A DNA stretch of 63,737 bases, filler included, from Reticulomyxa filosa (Eukaryota > Protista > Foraminifera): assembly GCA_000512085.1 (NCBI GenBank). It is 16 parts of 16 records of this genome, joined end to end, with 100 filler letters (N's around TTAATTAATTAA, not from the genome) between each part and the next. Parts side by side here need not be neighbours in the genome. Positions count along the whole stretch, not along the records: positions 8,845 to 15,349 come from ASPP01046585.1; positions 15,450 to 17,696 come from ASPP01020718.1; positions 17,797 to 20,543 come from ASPP01019798.1; positions 20,644 to 27,554 come from ASPP01006008.1; 12 more parts are not named here. One strand, 5' to 3'. Under the pieces are notes generated by a model that saw only the letters and a program-made list of their open reading frames with translations, ran no database searches and had not been told where the DNA came from. The translations under genes were made by a program, and so were the position numbers. Positions within the stretch are counted from its first letter, which is position 1, and the number at the start of each line of letters is the position of its first letter. Positions 10,700 through 24,616 of this stretch are shown piece by piece.

Positions 10700-13400
10700 A
10701 AGAGTATCGTGTTATGTGTTGTTTGGTGGCAAAATGAAGAGCACCAAAATGGAAATCTCAATTGCATACGCCATCAAATGACGACTTTATTCTAAATCGC
10801 AACTAGCTAGTGTTATCTGTCGTGCTCGAGCTGATCTGTCTACTCGAATACTGATTTTGATGAATGCATTTGCAATGGTCACTCGTCTGCGTTATACATG
10901 CTAAAATGTTTGCAAAATAATGTAGTGAGATATGTATGATATGCTATGATCTCAAATCTCTTCGCACTTCATCGTATTGTCATATCAGACAATATCAAGA
11001 CATGCACGTGCATGCCATTGAGTGGCAGCAAAGATGTTTGGATTCATCAATTATTATTTCTCTTGTACCATTGCAGCTCGACTTGCGAGCTTTATCACAA
11101 CTTGGAATATCCTGGATATAGTCGAGACAATCTCTCCAGTACAAATTGATGCAAACCATCCACAACAAGCCTATCAATCGTATTTTCCAACAAGAGTTCA
11201 ACTTTGATTCAAGCACGATACTACTATCTATATATTCCCAACAAGGCAGCTTACAATTTCTCCACACATTTACACTACAGTTGTGAGCAATTATAGTTTG
11301 TTACAAAGCCATCTTAAAGTGTTCTGTTTTTTTGGATTGTATAGATTGGATTAATTGCATCGATAATGAAAAGCAAGGACTTGCCTGCATTACAAGTGGC
11401 AAAAGTCTCTGGTTACAAGATAGACGGCTTGAACAGTAACAAGATGAAAGCATTGCGAATTGAATTTGGATAGTCAATTGACAATTACCGATGTTGTGGT
11501 GTATGGTACGTGATATCAATTGTAGCAGCCTTGAACGTGTGTTATTCGTCGTGGAAATTTGGTAAGTGTATCCCTCGGATAGAGGATCAATCATTTTATT
11601 GCGGACATGTAGTGAAGCCAAACAGCCAAGCAAATTTACGTGCGGTGGGTGGACAAAGTTTTGGATTTGCTGTAGTTCTTTCGCGTAGCTGAATCACGTA
11701 TTGCTGAAGAAATTGATTAAAATAATTTTATCTTTAAATTCGGATCACGATATGATTTACCTTCTTGTGGAATGTGAATAGCAGATGCGGTTCGGGATAC
11801 TGAAGATATTCCAAATGGATTGTTGGAAAGAAATGCGCAATGCACGATCATATTCAATCGACAATGGCCCCATTTTCACTCAGTCACTGAATTCAACAGC
11901 TGCTTCATTCCACCACACTTTTTTGCCGACACCAACGATTGTGTAAATTGCAGTTTTATTGCGCACAAGTATGTTGAAAGTGTATGAACACTAGCTGATC
12001 ATACTTCTGGAGTCATCTTCAATTTGACGGCCAACTTGTGCAAATGAATTGGTTTTATCTATTCTTGAACGTTCGTGATACGTTCTCGAGCCGCTGGTAA
12101 ATTTGACATTGCCTGCTTGATTGCACGAGCCAGACAGACGTTATATCCAATCAGGCGGATACACTCTCGATAATTGAACGTTGTCTCCAAAGCGTCATAT
12201 TTGAGAAGCAAAAGATATTACTTCAAACAAGCAATCCTCCAATAAATGACGCAAGTCACTCCACATATTTAATATTGCCATTGAAAGAAGATGTTATCTT
12301 TACGGTGTATTGCAAATATGTCCGGAACAGCGGCAGTGGTAGTTAATTTTTCCCTTCTTTATTTAATCCACAATCAATCATTTGAATCAATGGCAGACTG
12401 TGTACTATAATAATACAACTTACAAATCATATATAGGCCAGTTCGTCTATTGACACAATGGAGGTGATCGTGGCTATCATTGACATGTACAGAAAAGCAA
12501 ATGATGAGTCATTGTTTGACTATTCTGTCTTACTGTTCGAATATACAGCCACAGGAGAAGACAACAATTCAAAATATCTTTTCCAAATGGAAAGTTGATT
12601 GAATTGAAAAATGTAGATATTAAAAACAATTCTTCGGAAGCATTGTCGACATATAACACGTATAACTGTAGTATCATCATCGAATTCACAAGTGGAATAT
12701 CTTTGGTGGCCGAATTTTCACATTCCATTGCATATTGTATCTTGGCTGTTATCCAAGCATTGAACTACGCAAGATTTGAATGGAGGTAATGGGAGCATTG
12801 AGCGTTTTGTCTTCGATGACAAGTGGTATAAGTGCTGTTCGCAAATACTTGGGTATATTGCTACTCAAATTACTTGCTCGCCAAATTTCGCCACCAGCAA
12901 GCAAATACCGAACGTGATCAATCAACTTATTGTAATAAGGCTTCCAATTTATCAACGTCATCATCGTCGGATAAGCGTATTATTGGATAAAGGTACTGCT
13001 GGAATACTATTTGGATGCAATTGCATGCAGCAACGTCCCGAACAGAGGGATTGGAATCAGGCCCAGCATTTCTGAAGCCTCTCAACAAATTGGTAAATTG
13101 GTATCTCGTGAGCAATTAACAATTACATCGCCGTCATATCAAGGATGGAGGAGATAACGTGAATCCATATCTGTCGACAGAGCGTGTCGTTATCCAACTC
13201 AGTCTTCTCTTGATGCTTATCACAATTACATATCAAAAGTGTATTTTGTGATAAGATTACACAATCAAAGAAATGAAAGAAATAACAGTTGTACCAGGGT
13301 TGACATAGTGGATACACCTTTAGACAATGATGGAGATATTCAGTGAATGCATATTTCAAGGTTGAAACTTTCATTGGACATACAATCCATTATTCAAATT
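10700..13400 (+). pseudogene. Probable decayed coding sequence of a large unidentified protein
   Basis: About 2.7 kb with coding-like composition and few homopolymers, but only short interrupted ORFs (e.g. 12595..12789 continuing into 12776..13075). No family recognised. Confidence 0.3.
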
Positions 13401-15449
13401 CAAACATAGAATGGATATACGTTATCCAGAACAATTGAGGGGGGGGGATGGAGAGAGGAAAAGCATAGAAAATAGAAAGAAAAGAACAAAAAGTGAACAA
13501 AAGTGAAGAACATGCGCTCTTTTTGAAGGTTGGTGCTGATGTATGCTGTTTGTATCATATTTGTAGTGGTTGTAATATATCTCCATCAAAACAAGCCCTT
13601 TCATTGTGAAATGATTTACATTAGGTTTGGAGATTAAGAATGGAAGGATAAAAGAAAATAAAAGAAGAATGAAAGAGTTATTTAGAGCATATGGACTATT
13701 ACAAGCAATATAGCAAGTGATAACGGATCGTATAAAAAGGAATGGCAATGAGAAAGTCTCGGTACAAAGAAGTGTGGGTCTATTGTAAGAAGCAAGGCAT
13801 GTGTTCACATCCACGCAGAAACAATCTGGATGAAAGGACCGACACAATAAATCTTGAAGATGTCAATATGCGTTATGAATGGTATGTATGAAATGATATC
13901 AATATTTTCATCACTCTTGGTGTGTGATATCAAAAGTGCATACTACATAATTGCAGTACGTGTGGATGTATATAACATCAATATTCAATCAACAGGACAT
14001 TTTCACATAATTAATTTTGGGATTGAAAGTAGTGTTCATTGTCATCTGCGATCGTTTTTCGGATACAATAAACCGGTTATCGTCGTTGAGCAATGTTAGA
14101 AAGGAGATGGTTGGATTGTTTATTATTTGCTTTATTGATAATCGCATTTGAAAGAAGATATTAAAGTACAATTGCAAAACAACTGTTTTGTTTTCTTTTC
14201 TAATTTATCCGAATACTTTTTAAAAAATATTTGTTCTATCAAATTTGATTAGCAGCAAAACTTACTCAAAGCATTGTTGTCTTTTTTTTTTTGTAAACAA
14301 ATTCAAATTATTTGTGTTTGTTATTGTTTTTTCTCTAAAACAAGGAATAGAACGCAAACATTGGAGCCACAATGAAGAAACAAATGCATTCAGCTGTCGC
14401 ATTGCCTAGTGGACAAGCCAACTCAAATAAATCCTGTTTAAATGGAAAAGAACTAATATTTATGGAAAGAAATGTCTCTAAACAAATAGTTCCATCCAAT
14501 AAAGTGAATTCAATCATTTAATAGCTCGATAGCAAAAAAAAAGAAACAAACACGAACGTAAAGATATTGGCTCAAATATTCAAAGTTTCTACAGATATTA
14601 ACACAGAAACTAAGCCTACAATTAAAAGTGAAATGCGATTCTGCAAGCAAGTACAAATGTAGTCATAGATAGAGAAGCAGAGTTTCGTGTCGAGTTATTA
14701 CGATGAAAGAGTCCTGATTGTTTAGAGCGCCATTGACATGTACATTGATTGATTGCTTGCAAAAAGTAAGAGCTTACGTACCAGTGGAGACACGGCCAGC
14801 AAGTATTAAAAAAAATGAAGATATTGTTCAAGAGTGAAAAGAGCATTGACATTCACAAAAAGAACTCAAGGAAAGGTTATGCAATTTGCGTGAAAATATC
14901 ACTCTGGCTATGTGTTGCTCGACGTAAAATGGACTGTCAGTGCATTAAACCGTTCGTTTGAGTATCTCAAATTGGTTGCCTTCGCAGTCACAAACTGTAA
15001 GTTGGAGAATAAAGATACTTGTTTGAATCAACAAGGCATTTTTATTTACTGAACTTTTGTAAAAAAAAACTGGTTTGGAGTTGCAATAACTCTCATTTTG
15101 TGATATTTTCAAAATTCTTTCATTTCAATACTTTTCAAATTTTCAAACATTAAAATGAAAAACTTGTTGTCAAATATTGTATCTCTAAGAAAAAAATTTT
15201 TCGAACATTTTTTATGAATTCGGTCATCGTTATGCAAGGCTACTTGAAATATTGAGACTGGATGATCAATTGGCAAGGATTGGGATGATTTGTTGTTTGG
15301 TACCATAATCAAGAGTAAAATTGCATCGAGCATTGTCAAGTTGCAAGATNNNNNNNNNNNNNNNNNNNNNNNNNNNNNNNNNNNNNNNNNNNNTTAATTA
15401 ATTAANNNNNNNNNNNNNNNNNNNNNNNNNNNNNNNNNNNNNNNNNNNN

Positions 15450-17284
15450 ATTAGAATTAGAATTAGAATTAGGATTGGTTTGTGACAGATGCGACACGTT
15501 TGAAAGATGCAAACAAAATGCGCTGCAATACGGATTGATATGTGTATTTCTACCATCGATCATTGCATTGTCGAATTCAATTTCCTTATCAATCCACATG
15601 TCTTCAATGTGCTCCTCGTGGTTTTCGACGTCGCTGAAGCTGACGACTGATCCCTCGGCGTCCTCCACAATGTTCATAATGTGGGCGGCATCCAGTCCGT
15701 GCAGCGACTCGCGCAGTGAGTGTCCCAACGATGGCTCACGCTCGTGTTTGTCGGGATATATCAGGCGGCCGTTGGACGCCTCCTTTAGCAAATGAAACGC
15801 TACGCGACGCATGTGTCGTTGGTTCTCTTTCGATGCCTCGTTGCCCTCCAATTCGTCTGGGTCATTCTTCTTCGACGTTGTGGGGGTCGTCCAGGGGTCG
15901 TGTGAAAATGTGTAGTTCATGTGTGAGTTACCACCCTTTTTTTTTTTTCCCACCCCATTATCAGAAGGGTAATATATCATTAAACACATTAAAATCAATT
16001 GAGGCAACAAAATGCAATACATTATATATACATATAATGTATATATAATGTATTGCATTTTGTTGGTTTTTTTTTTTAAAAAAAAAAACAAAACTGCAGA
16101 TTGATTAGCAACGTTGACATTTAATTGTATCGACGCGACATCGATAATATTGGTTTTGGCGTCGTTGTCGAAGGCGACATGACGAGAACTGGACTTGTGG
16201 ACGTTGGGATTGGCAGAGCCAATGTCAACGACAGCAACATCGACAGCGGCGGCAATATGTCTGTCGTGAGACGGCGACGAGGGACGATCGAACGTGTGCT
16301 TGTCGAACATGGGCGAGACGACAGGAGATAAAGACGACGTTTGAGCGAGCGGCACGTCGTTGGACGAAAAGTGGTCGACATGCTCGTCATCAGCAGAAGG
16401 TTCTTTGATATCGGAATTGGCAAGCGTTTGCAGCATGGTTTTTTTCTTTAGCAATTCCAAGCGCATTTGCGGAGACAAGGGTGAGTTGGGATTGGTCAGA
16501 TCTGTCATGGACAATGTGGTCAAATCAGTGGACGCAGGTATTGTGTTATTGTCTTTGGTCATGCCCGAATTGAAATTGAAATTGGGATTAGGATTAATAT
16601 TAGACTTGGTCAGGCCGGTGTTCATTGCCATGGTCATGGTCATAGCCATAGCCACACTGTCGACACTATCACTACGCGTAAGAGCGCGATTGCGATGATA
16701 CAAGAAGGAAGATCTCGCGCTGGCATAACGTAGCAGTCGAAGAGGTCCTTCGGTGCTCATTTGGCGACTAAAGTTGGGCAATGCATTCAACTTGCTGCTG
16801 TTTTCACTGGACGCCTTTTCCAAGCTCGACACCATATGTGGATTGACAAACCAGCTGCCATCCATTGTGGAGGACAGGATCAATGGCACGTCGCCAATGG
16901 TCGTGGACGCTTGAACTGATATCATATCATCATCTTCACCTTGTTGTTGTTGTTGTTGTTGTTGCTGTTGCTGTTGCTGTTGTCTTTGAATATAGTCGTG
17001 CACATCATCGTACAAACGAGTCCATATGGGGTCGTGAAACATTGTCACCAAGTACGGACGACTCGCTTGCTTGATCAGTAACTTCATCACCTCTCGACAC
17101 ATAAAAGTTACATGCACGGCCATCACATGACGCTGCATGCACGTCAGTATACTCTGATGGAGATTTTCCTTTGTGAAAGCGTCGCCGTACTTTTTGCCCG
17201 TGGCTTTCAACATCACGGTGATGAACATGAGTGTCTCTTCAATATGATGTGTAACGAACTGAGACGGTACAATTGCATGCTTAC

Positions 17285-17321
<37 letters not shown>

Positions 17322-17696
17322 GTCATCACGTATGCCGTCAAACACATTGGTGTTACTATTCATCGCCGACAAAGTGATCCAATCATTAGCGGCACTCATA
17401 TGAGCCCCGTTGCTGAGCGCTGCAAATGACACCATATTCTGCGCGCGGATTGGCGCCAACTCTAATGTGCACTTGATCAGATGCAATGCTTGCGTCTTGC
17501 TTTCAATCACCGCCTTCTCAAACTCGCGCTGGTCCACCATTGTCAACAGCAGACCTATCAACGCGCTCATCAGACGAATGGCAGGCTCCAACGAAGAGCA
17601 CCTCCTCTTCTTCGACACATTCCTTTCATCTCTGTCTTTGTTCCCTCTGTGTTTATCGTCACTATTCTCTTCTTCTTCTTCTTCTTCTTCTTCTTC
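15450..17696 (-). CDS. Hypothetical protein fragment: helical N-terminal part, poly-N/poly-Q and Ser-rich disordered region (partial at both ends)
   Basis: Frame is open across the contig. It contains a likely 159-nt stop-free GT-AG intron at 15936-16094. Confidence 0.6.
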
Positions 17697-17892
17697 NNNN
17701 NNNNNNNNNNNNNNNNNNNNNNNNNNNNNNNNNNNNNNNNTTAATTAATTAANNNNNNNNNNNNNNNNNNNNNNNNNNNNNNNNNNNNNNNNNNNNAAAA
17801 AAAAAATAAAAAATAATACACACGCAGATACGCATACATATTGTAAGAACACACATTCGAAATGCAAATAGAAAGAATGGCTTGACAGAACT

Positions 17893-20543
17893 ATGGAGGG
17901 ATTGAGTCAAACGCCATTGAAGCCTCCACCGATTAGTGTGACAAGTGAATATAGCAATGTCCCAGTGATCAACTTATCTCACCCTTCGTTGGTCGAAAGC
18001 AATCCAAGTAGCGCAATGGCCAGTACAGCCAATAATAATAACAATAACAATAACAATAACAATAACAATAATAATAATGCGAACAATAACAACAACGCAA
18101 CACTTATAAAAGAAAGTTGGTATCGAAAGTTTAATGGGGCAGGAAGAGCATTAGATTTGAGTTTAGAAAACAAGCTAACGCCGGACTTGAAGCAAAGTCT
18201 TGATAGTGAGGTATGATATAATATACATATATGTATATATTTATGCATATATAATGTATGATGTATATATGTCCTTGCGTTTTTTTTTGAAATGAAAGAT
18301 GATTTAAAAATAGGGATGCCTAGTGTGCTTCAAACCAGGAAATGTTCAACGACGTGAACCGTTTATTCGAGTGCGATGTATGTTCTATCAATGCATACAC
18401 GCGGTGCATTTGTCTTGTATCGAGAAATTGCAAGATCCTCTTCAAATAAATAAATCACATGCGCCTTCGCAATTTTATCGCAATGTAGCAATGGCCACCT
18501 CTTCGTTGACCAATATGACGCCAAGCCACGGGGACAAACCCCATCGCACGTTTCGAATAAAAATGAGAGTGTGCCAAATATTGAATGACGTCGCGTCCAT
18601 CCACATTTCGACGCCACACACGATTACCTCGTATATGGATCGCAATGGCAAGGAATACGTCATCCACAATTTTGAGCGTGTTGCGGGCAAAGAGGAGCAT
18701 TCTGCGGATCATTTTTATCAGTTCATTCCGACAACAAAGGGAAGATTTTATGTGACATTCATCGACAACAAAAGCAGCAAGCAATACACCCATCAATCCC
18801 TGTTTGATGTGTCGAATGTGAATTGGAATCACAATTGCCACGGCTACACAGTGACATGGCCGGACGGAAACGGAAGCAATTCGCTGGCGACAATTGGATT
18901 CAAACCCGATATCCAAAACTCGGGTATCGTCAATGGACGTACCAAATTGAAGCTCATTTTTATGAAATTCGATTTTCCTGTCGCCTTGGCATCATCGCCC
19001 ATGCTGTCTTCCAATGTCATTACCCCCAATCACCACAATATGCTGTTGCCTACCATTACACACTCCACTGCCTCCAATGTGTCAACAACCCCGTTGCCCA
19101 TCGCCACTCCATCCATGTCAACCAACGTCCCCTTTTTAGCCACGTCGACCATTGCAAACAATATGAATATGAACATGAATATCAATAATATCAATAATAT
19201 GAATAATATGAATAATATGAATATGAATATGAATATAAACATGGGAATGGGTGTGGGCGTCCCCATGTATGGATTAACAGTTCAGACACCTTCACAAGTA
19301 TGGACTGCAAATGTCGAAGGCGAAACTGCTCCTAACACGTATGCTTCCGGCGTCAATTTCCAAATGCCCAATTTGGCCGTTCCCAAACATAGCATTAATC
19401 CACTGTCCCCGTTGTCTGTTGGCGTCTCGGGTGACTTGCAATCTCCCGGCGGATTGGTATCTCCTGGAGGCCTGCTGGGCGTGGCATCGCCGATGGACCC
19501 ACATTTGGGAGGCCCGATTATACAGCCGACGGCTTTGAACGCCGCTATCAATGCAGCGTTAGGATCTCCAAATGGCTGGACGTGCGACTTGCAATCGCCT
19601 TTGTCTGGCGTGGGTTCCCCTTGGAGTTTTACAGGACTGCCCATGTCTCCAACCACTCAAACCATTGCTCATCAATTTAGCAATCTTCAAGTCACTTCGC
19701 CAATGACACAAATGCAAGCGAATGTTGCTCCTATTGCAAATGCAACAACAACAACAACTACTACTGCTGCTACAAGTACGACAGGACCCTATTCATTGTC
19801 AACAAAACAAATCAATACTTTGGAACAGGCAAACACGACCGCAAAACCGGCTTTGGCAGTAACTTCAGGGGACAACCCCAAATCAAATGCGTCACAAACA
19901 ATGCCAATATCCAATGCTTCTTTCATTGGGAAAGAACAAAATGTATTGTCTTTTTTGTACATTGTAAGATTCATTTCATTTTGTCTTTTTTTTTTTTAAA
20001 AAAAAAAACAAAAAAAATAAACACATAGAATGAAATAACGAATGCAAACGTAACTGATATTCCCAAAAAACCTCCTTTGCCACTGGGTTTAGAGAAAGCA
20101 TCAGAAACGAAAAAAGAACCACAAAAATCCGAATTGCCACAACCAGTTTTGTTTGCATTCGTGCACGTATACATATATTTAAATGTATACATGTATGTGT
20201 ATGATTTTTTTTTTATTGTTGTGAAAATGCTGTAGAGCTCTGGTGGTGGCCAAAGTGGAAATCAAGCAAAAACGTTGGAACCACCAACTCACCCGGCTCC
20301 ACCACCGCCCAATCGAAGTGCACTTACAACTGTGGGTGAACGTGGAAGCCACAATCCAATCAAGACAGACAACAACAATAATAATAATAGTAATAATAAT
20401 AGTAATAATAATAATAATGGCAATAATCGAAAAGACAACAAAAGTAGCAACAAATTGGAACGACTTTTTCGTTTTGTTGAACGCGAAACCCAGCCAAGTC
20501 ATAACAACACTGGTAACAATAATAATAATAATAATAATAATAA
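17893..20543 (+). CDS. Hypothetical multi-exon protein with one folded domain followed by Asn/Met- and Ser-Pro-rich low-complexity regions (partial)
   Basis: ORFs 17893..18216, 18323..19999 and 20275.. are separated by AT-rich GT-AG-type introns. No family recognised. Confidence 0.55.
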
Positions 20544-20687
20544 NNNNNNNNNNNNNNNNNNNNNNNNNNNNNNNNNNNNNNNNNNNNTTAATTAATTAAN
20601 NNNNNNNNNNNNNNNNNNNNNNNNNNNNNNNNNNNNNNNNNNNTTTTTGAAAAGGAAAAACAAATAAATAAATAATATCGACAATAA

Positions 20688-22623
20688 CCTAGTCTTCCTT
20701 GGAAGCGATAGGAAACCTTTGATCACCGAACAAAAAGATAACACAAACAAAAGATGAGGAAAATTAGCTTATTCAAACGAAACAAGCAAAAAAAAAAAAA
20801 AAAGAGAAAAATAGTCACACGTACTGGCTGATACATGAAATACCACGGATTCAAAATATTTTCGTACGGTTGGTAAGACATCACTTGTTCTTGAGATGGA
20901 AACAATTTTACACCTTTTTCAATGTTTTGGAATTCAATACACACATATATGTATATATTGGATTGACATTGTTTTTTTTTTTTTTTGCCCTTCCCTCCTC
21001 TTGTCACCACGTATACGTTTTAAGAAGTAATATAAGCACATTGTGAATAATAAAAAAAAAAAATAAGCATACCCAGATAACCATATTCGGCGACGGCACT
21101 ACACTCAAGTTCAATGTCTTTTTTGTTTCAAAATAAAATAAAAAAAAAACAAGCGAATAGCGGATTTTTTTAAAAAAAAAGGAAGGAATGGTGAGAAAAG
21201 TAAAAGAGCAAAGAAAGATAGGGGGGGGGTACCTTCATGTGGCCATCCAAACAGCTCGATGATAGAACCTTTTTGCCCGTCGCGATAATCTCCAATTCTC
21301 GGCGTGATGGGCGCAGCATTCCAAACAAAGTCGATGGGGTCAATTTCGATTCTACTGCCGTCATCTCCTGTCACTGCGATACTGACAGGACCTGTCGTGT
21401 CGGCTATCGAAAAGTATTTCTGCGGATTACTTTGGGCTACCCCGTCAAAATAATACGTCAATGTGGCATCTAACACCAATTTCAAAAGACAAAAATTTGT
21501 TCGTTTCAATACTTTGGTAAGTCTTGCACATTTCAATCATTTTTTTTTTTTTTTTAATAAATAAAAAAAAAAAAAATTGATAAAACTGTTCTTGTGAGTT
21601 GCGCGTATCTCCGCAGTAGCATTTGTGCGATTCGTGTTGACATAGATGACACTCACATAAGCCACCAATACAGCATAGTCTTGGTAGCTCGGTTGCCAGC
21701 CTTCGGTCCCACGTGGAGGTGTAAACCTTTGCAAACAAGAATATGCATATAGCAATAATGTGACAACAACGAAGGGATTCAAGGAGGTGTTTGCAATTCA
21801 TATCAATATATACATATATTTATATTTATCTATTGAATGTGTGCATTCTGTTTTCTGTTAGTGATTAACCATCTCCATGACTCAAAGTAGTCACTCGTAT
21901 TGATCTGCGAACCGCTACATTGATTGTAGTCAAAGATGTTGCAACCTGACAAATTACAGTCAAATTTGGTCGGAGAATTGGTTGGTGCAATTACTGGCTT
22001 TGGTGTAGGGTGCCATGTCGTCGGAGGAACTGGAGCCAATGTGGTCACGGAAAAAAAACACCTTGAGGGAGTGGAGGGGGGGAAGGGAGAAGGTTGGTAC
22101 GTATTATTAAATTTTTCACACATAATGTACTCATCTTTTTTTTTTATGTTTCTTGCTATTCTGTTTGCTAGTGAGAGTTGCACAATGCATACCATGGGTA
22201 ATTGCTTGGGTTGGGGTTAATTGGCTATTGCGGTTTATTTGTATTTGTGTTTTTATTTATATTTGCTGACATCCCCTTATTGTTGTTTGTTACACTTTTT
22301 CAATTTGATTCACATAAGCCTCTCCATAACTTGCCAACAGCATCCCTGAACACAATCACAATACACAAAACTTTGCTATTTAATCTTTTTCAACAAATCA
22401 CGAGGAATAAACATATACATATACTCACCTTGTCCTCGCACTCCTCTTCGGTTATTCCAGAATAGCCGCAGTCTTTTTTGTTGCTGTTCGTCACATTACA
22501 ACCTGAGTCTCGGAGTCTTCCTGGCCTCTTGGGTTGAATGATACGCCCATCGAGGTCAAGGCCAACTGTATGGGTGATGTAAACATTTAAAAGCGCAAGA
22601 AGGCTGAGCCAAAAACTTTTCAT
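20688..22623 (-). CDS. Secreted GH13 alpha-amylase with N-terminal trefoil (P-type) domain, multi-exon, 3'-truncated
   Basis: Signal peptide MKSFWLSLLALL. Trefoil C..NKKDCGYSGITEEECEDKGCCW...PWCFF. GH13 N-terminal motifs GQKGSIIELFGWP, GYLG, VKLFP, NPWYFMYQPVSY. Confidence 0.82.
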
Positions 22624-22869
22624 TTCTCAACGTGCTTTGTTTCCAAAAATTTTCAAGAACAGGTACGCTACCTGTGGGTTGGAAAATGTTGATATATTAT
22701 TTGGAACGAAACATTTTACTCTTTAAAGATCGTCACTCCTGTATTCTTAAAAGATATTACATATTTACTGGCCAAAGTTTGCAGACGAAAAAATTTCTTT
22801 TTTTCTGCGTTTCCTTCTTTTAAAAAAAAAACACGTTCATCTCCTGAAAAATGTTAGATTTTTATTTGT

Positions 22870-24616
22870 TCAATCAGTTGTTTTGTCTTTGGACTTCAAA
22901 GATTCCAGCCATTGTGGTAGTGGTTGAACCAAAGCTGAGCCATCAGCAATGAATTTTGTAACGTCTTTGACAGGAACACCTTGACAATTGATAACCTCTT
23001 TTTTGTCGTTAGTATGATGGGACAAGCTATGTTTAAGAACATCCCAGAACTCACCTTGACTCAATTCTTTCCCATTGTATTTGGCGTTTTCATACTCTGC
23101 AGCCATATAATCTAGTTTGAATCCCCAATACCACAAGTCATACCCACATTCTTGCAATAAATGTCCTATCGTCTTGGTCAGTAAATTTCCGGCACTTCGT
23201 TTGTCTATAAAGTGTCAAAAATGAAAAGTATTAAAGACAGAACAAAAGGAAATTGCATGCATGTATAAAAATGCTGAAGGGGGGCAAGAAAATGAAAAAA
23301 AAAAGGGGGGGAGGTAGTTTAAAAGAAAATACCGAACCTTTTTTATTGGTAATGAATGTGTAATCATGCAAAATGCTACCAACCAAATAGCCGAAACTGG
23401 CAGCAGCCAATTCAGAAGGATTGGATTTTTCCCACAATTCAAATACCACCAACTGGAGTGTTTCACCTTGACGACATGGATAATGTTCGGTCATGTCGGC
23501 AAGGATATCGATCATGGGCTGATTGATCCAGGTGTAAGGTGAGCGCTGATCTGGTTGTTTGGACTCTTCATCTTGTGAAGTCTCGTTGTCACCATTGTCA
23601 CGAAGTTGGCCGAGTTTGATGTGATATTGTTGACATTGTTTCAAATTGTCTTTGAATTTAAAATTTATTGAAAGATAAAAGTCTTTACAAAATTTTTTCA
23701 TTTTTTGTTTTTTTGCCATTGATTTGCATTCGATTTTTGTTTTGTTGCGGAGGCTTGTTCTTTGGACTCGGATTCCTTTTGTGTGTCGCTCATCACTTCA
23801 GATTGTTGTGGCGCACTAGCTGTTGTTGAGGTCGAGGTTGCTCTCAAATCAAGGCAAAATCTTTTGGTTGGGTTTGGACATGTCAGTATTTCCATTTGTG
23901 GGTGCACTTGACTCAACACATTTGAAGATATACGGGCACCTTTTTGGCTCAAATCTTTCAGTCTCCAATGCAAATTGTCGAACGGCAGCACAAACATACC
24001 ATTTATAAAAATCTGAGCCCACATTTTTTCATCATACACTATCGTCCACATCCAATCACTACCGGACCCATTCACCCATTCCAATGCAAATTTCTCTTCT
24101 GGGTTTCCCAAATGACTTGGGCTTAGATAATAACGGCCATCTTTATTATATATTTTTTCTACTAGATCTAGCACCAATGCGGATAATGCTGGATTTGAAC
24201 TGTCATCTTTTCCTTTTTTTTTTTTGTTTCTTCCATTTTTTTACTTATTACTTTCTCATTAACAATTTATGCTTACCTTTTGTTTGCACAACAATTGGTT
24301 CAATTACTTTGGATGAGCTTTTTGTTTTATCTTTTTCATTGTCCTTAAGACTGGCAGATTGCTCAAATTGAAGACGATATGACATGTTCGGCTTGAGAAA
24401 GTGAAACGATATCTTCACATTCAGGCCATTAGATGTGGGTGGCAATTCACTGACTGATATACTTTTCACAAGCTTTGAGCTCCAACGATTCGCGTTCTCC
24501 TCACATAATACCTGGCTCACATTCAAAGAGAGTGGTAACTCAAAGGAAATTGAATTTATGGTTATCTTGCAATTTTTGCAATACTTGTCTAAATTACTAT
24601 TTTCTTCGCTTGTCAT
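22870..24616 (-). CDS. FN3-like + Leu/Phe-tRNA-protein transferase-like (ATEL1-like, GNAT fold) protein, 3 exons, homopolymer frameshift near 23701-23715
   Basis: Exons 24277-24616, 23338-24206 and 22870-23204 join by in-phase GT-AG. C-terminal motifs VFELWE..LAAASFGYLVGSI..SAGNLL..HLLQECGYDLWYWG..YM..GKELSQGEFW. N-terminal LKPNMSYRLQF is FN3-like. Confidence 0.65.

Noticed and set aside
23650-23720. Possible intron between the two middle ORFs of the transferase-like gene
   Set aside because: No phase-compatible GT donor, and the intervening sequence encodes family-like residues. A homopolymer frameshift fits better.
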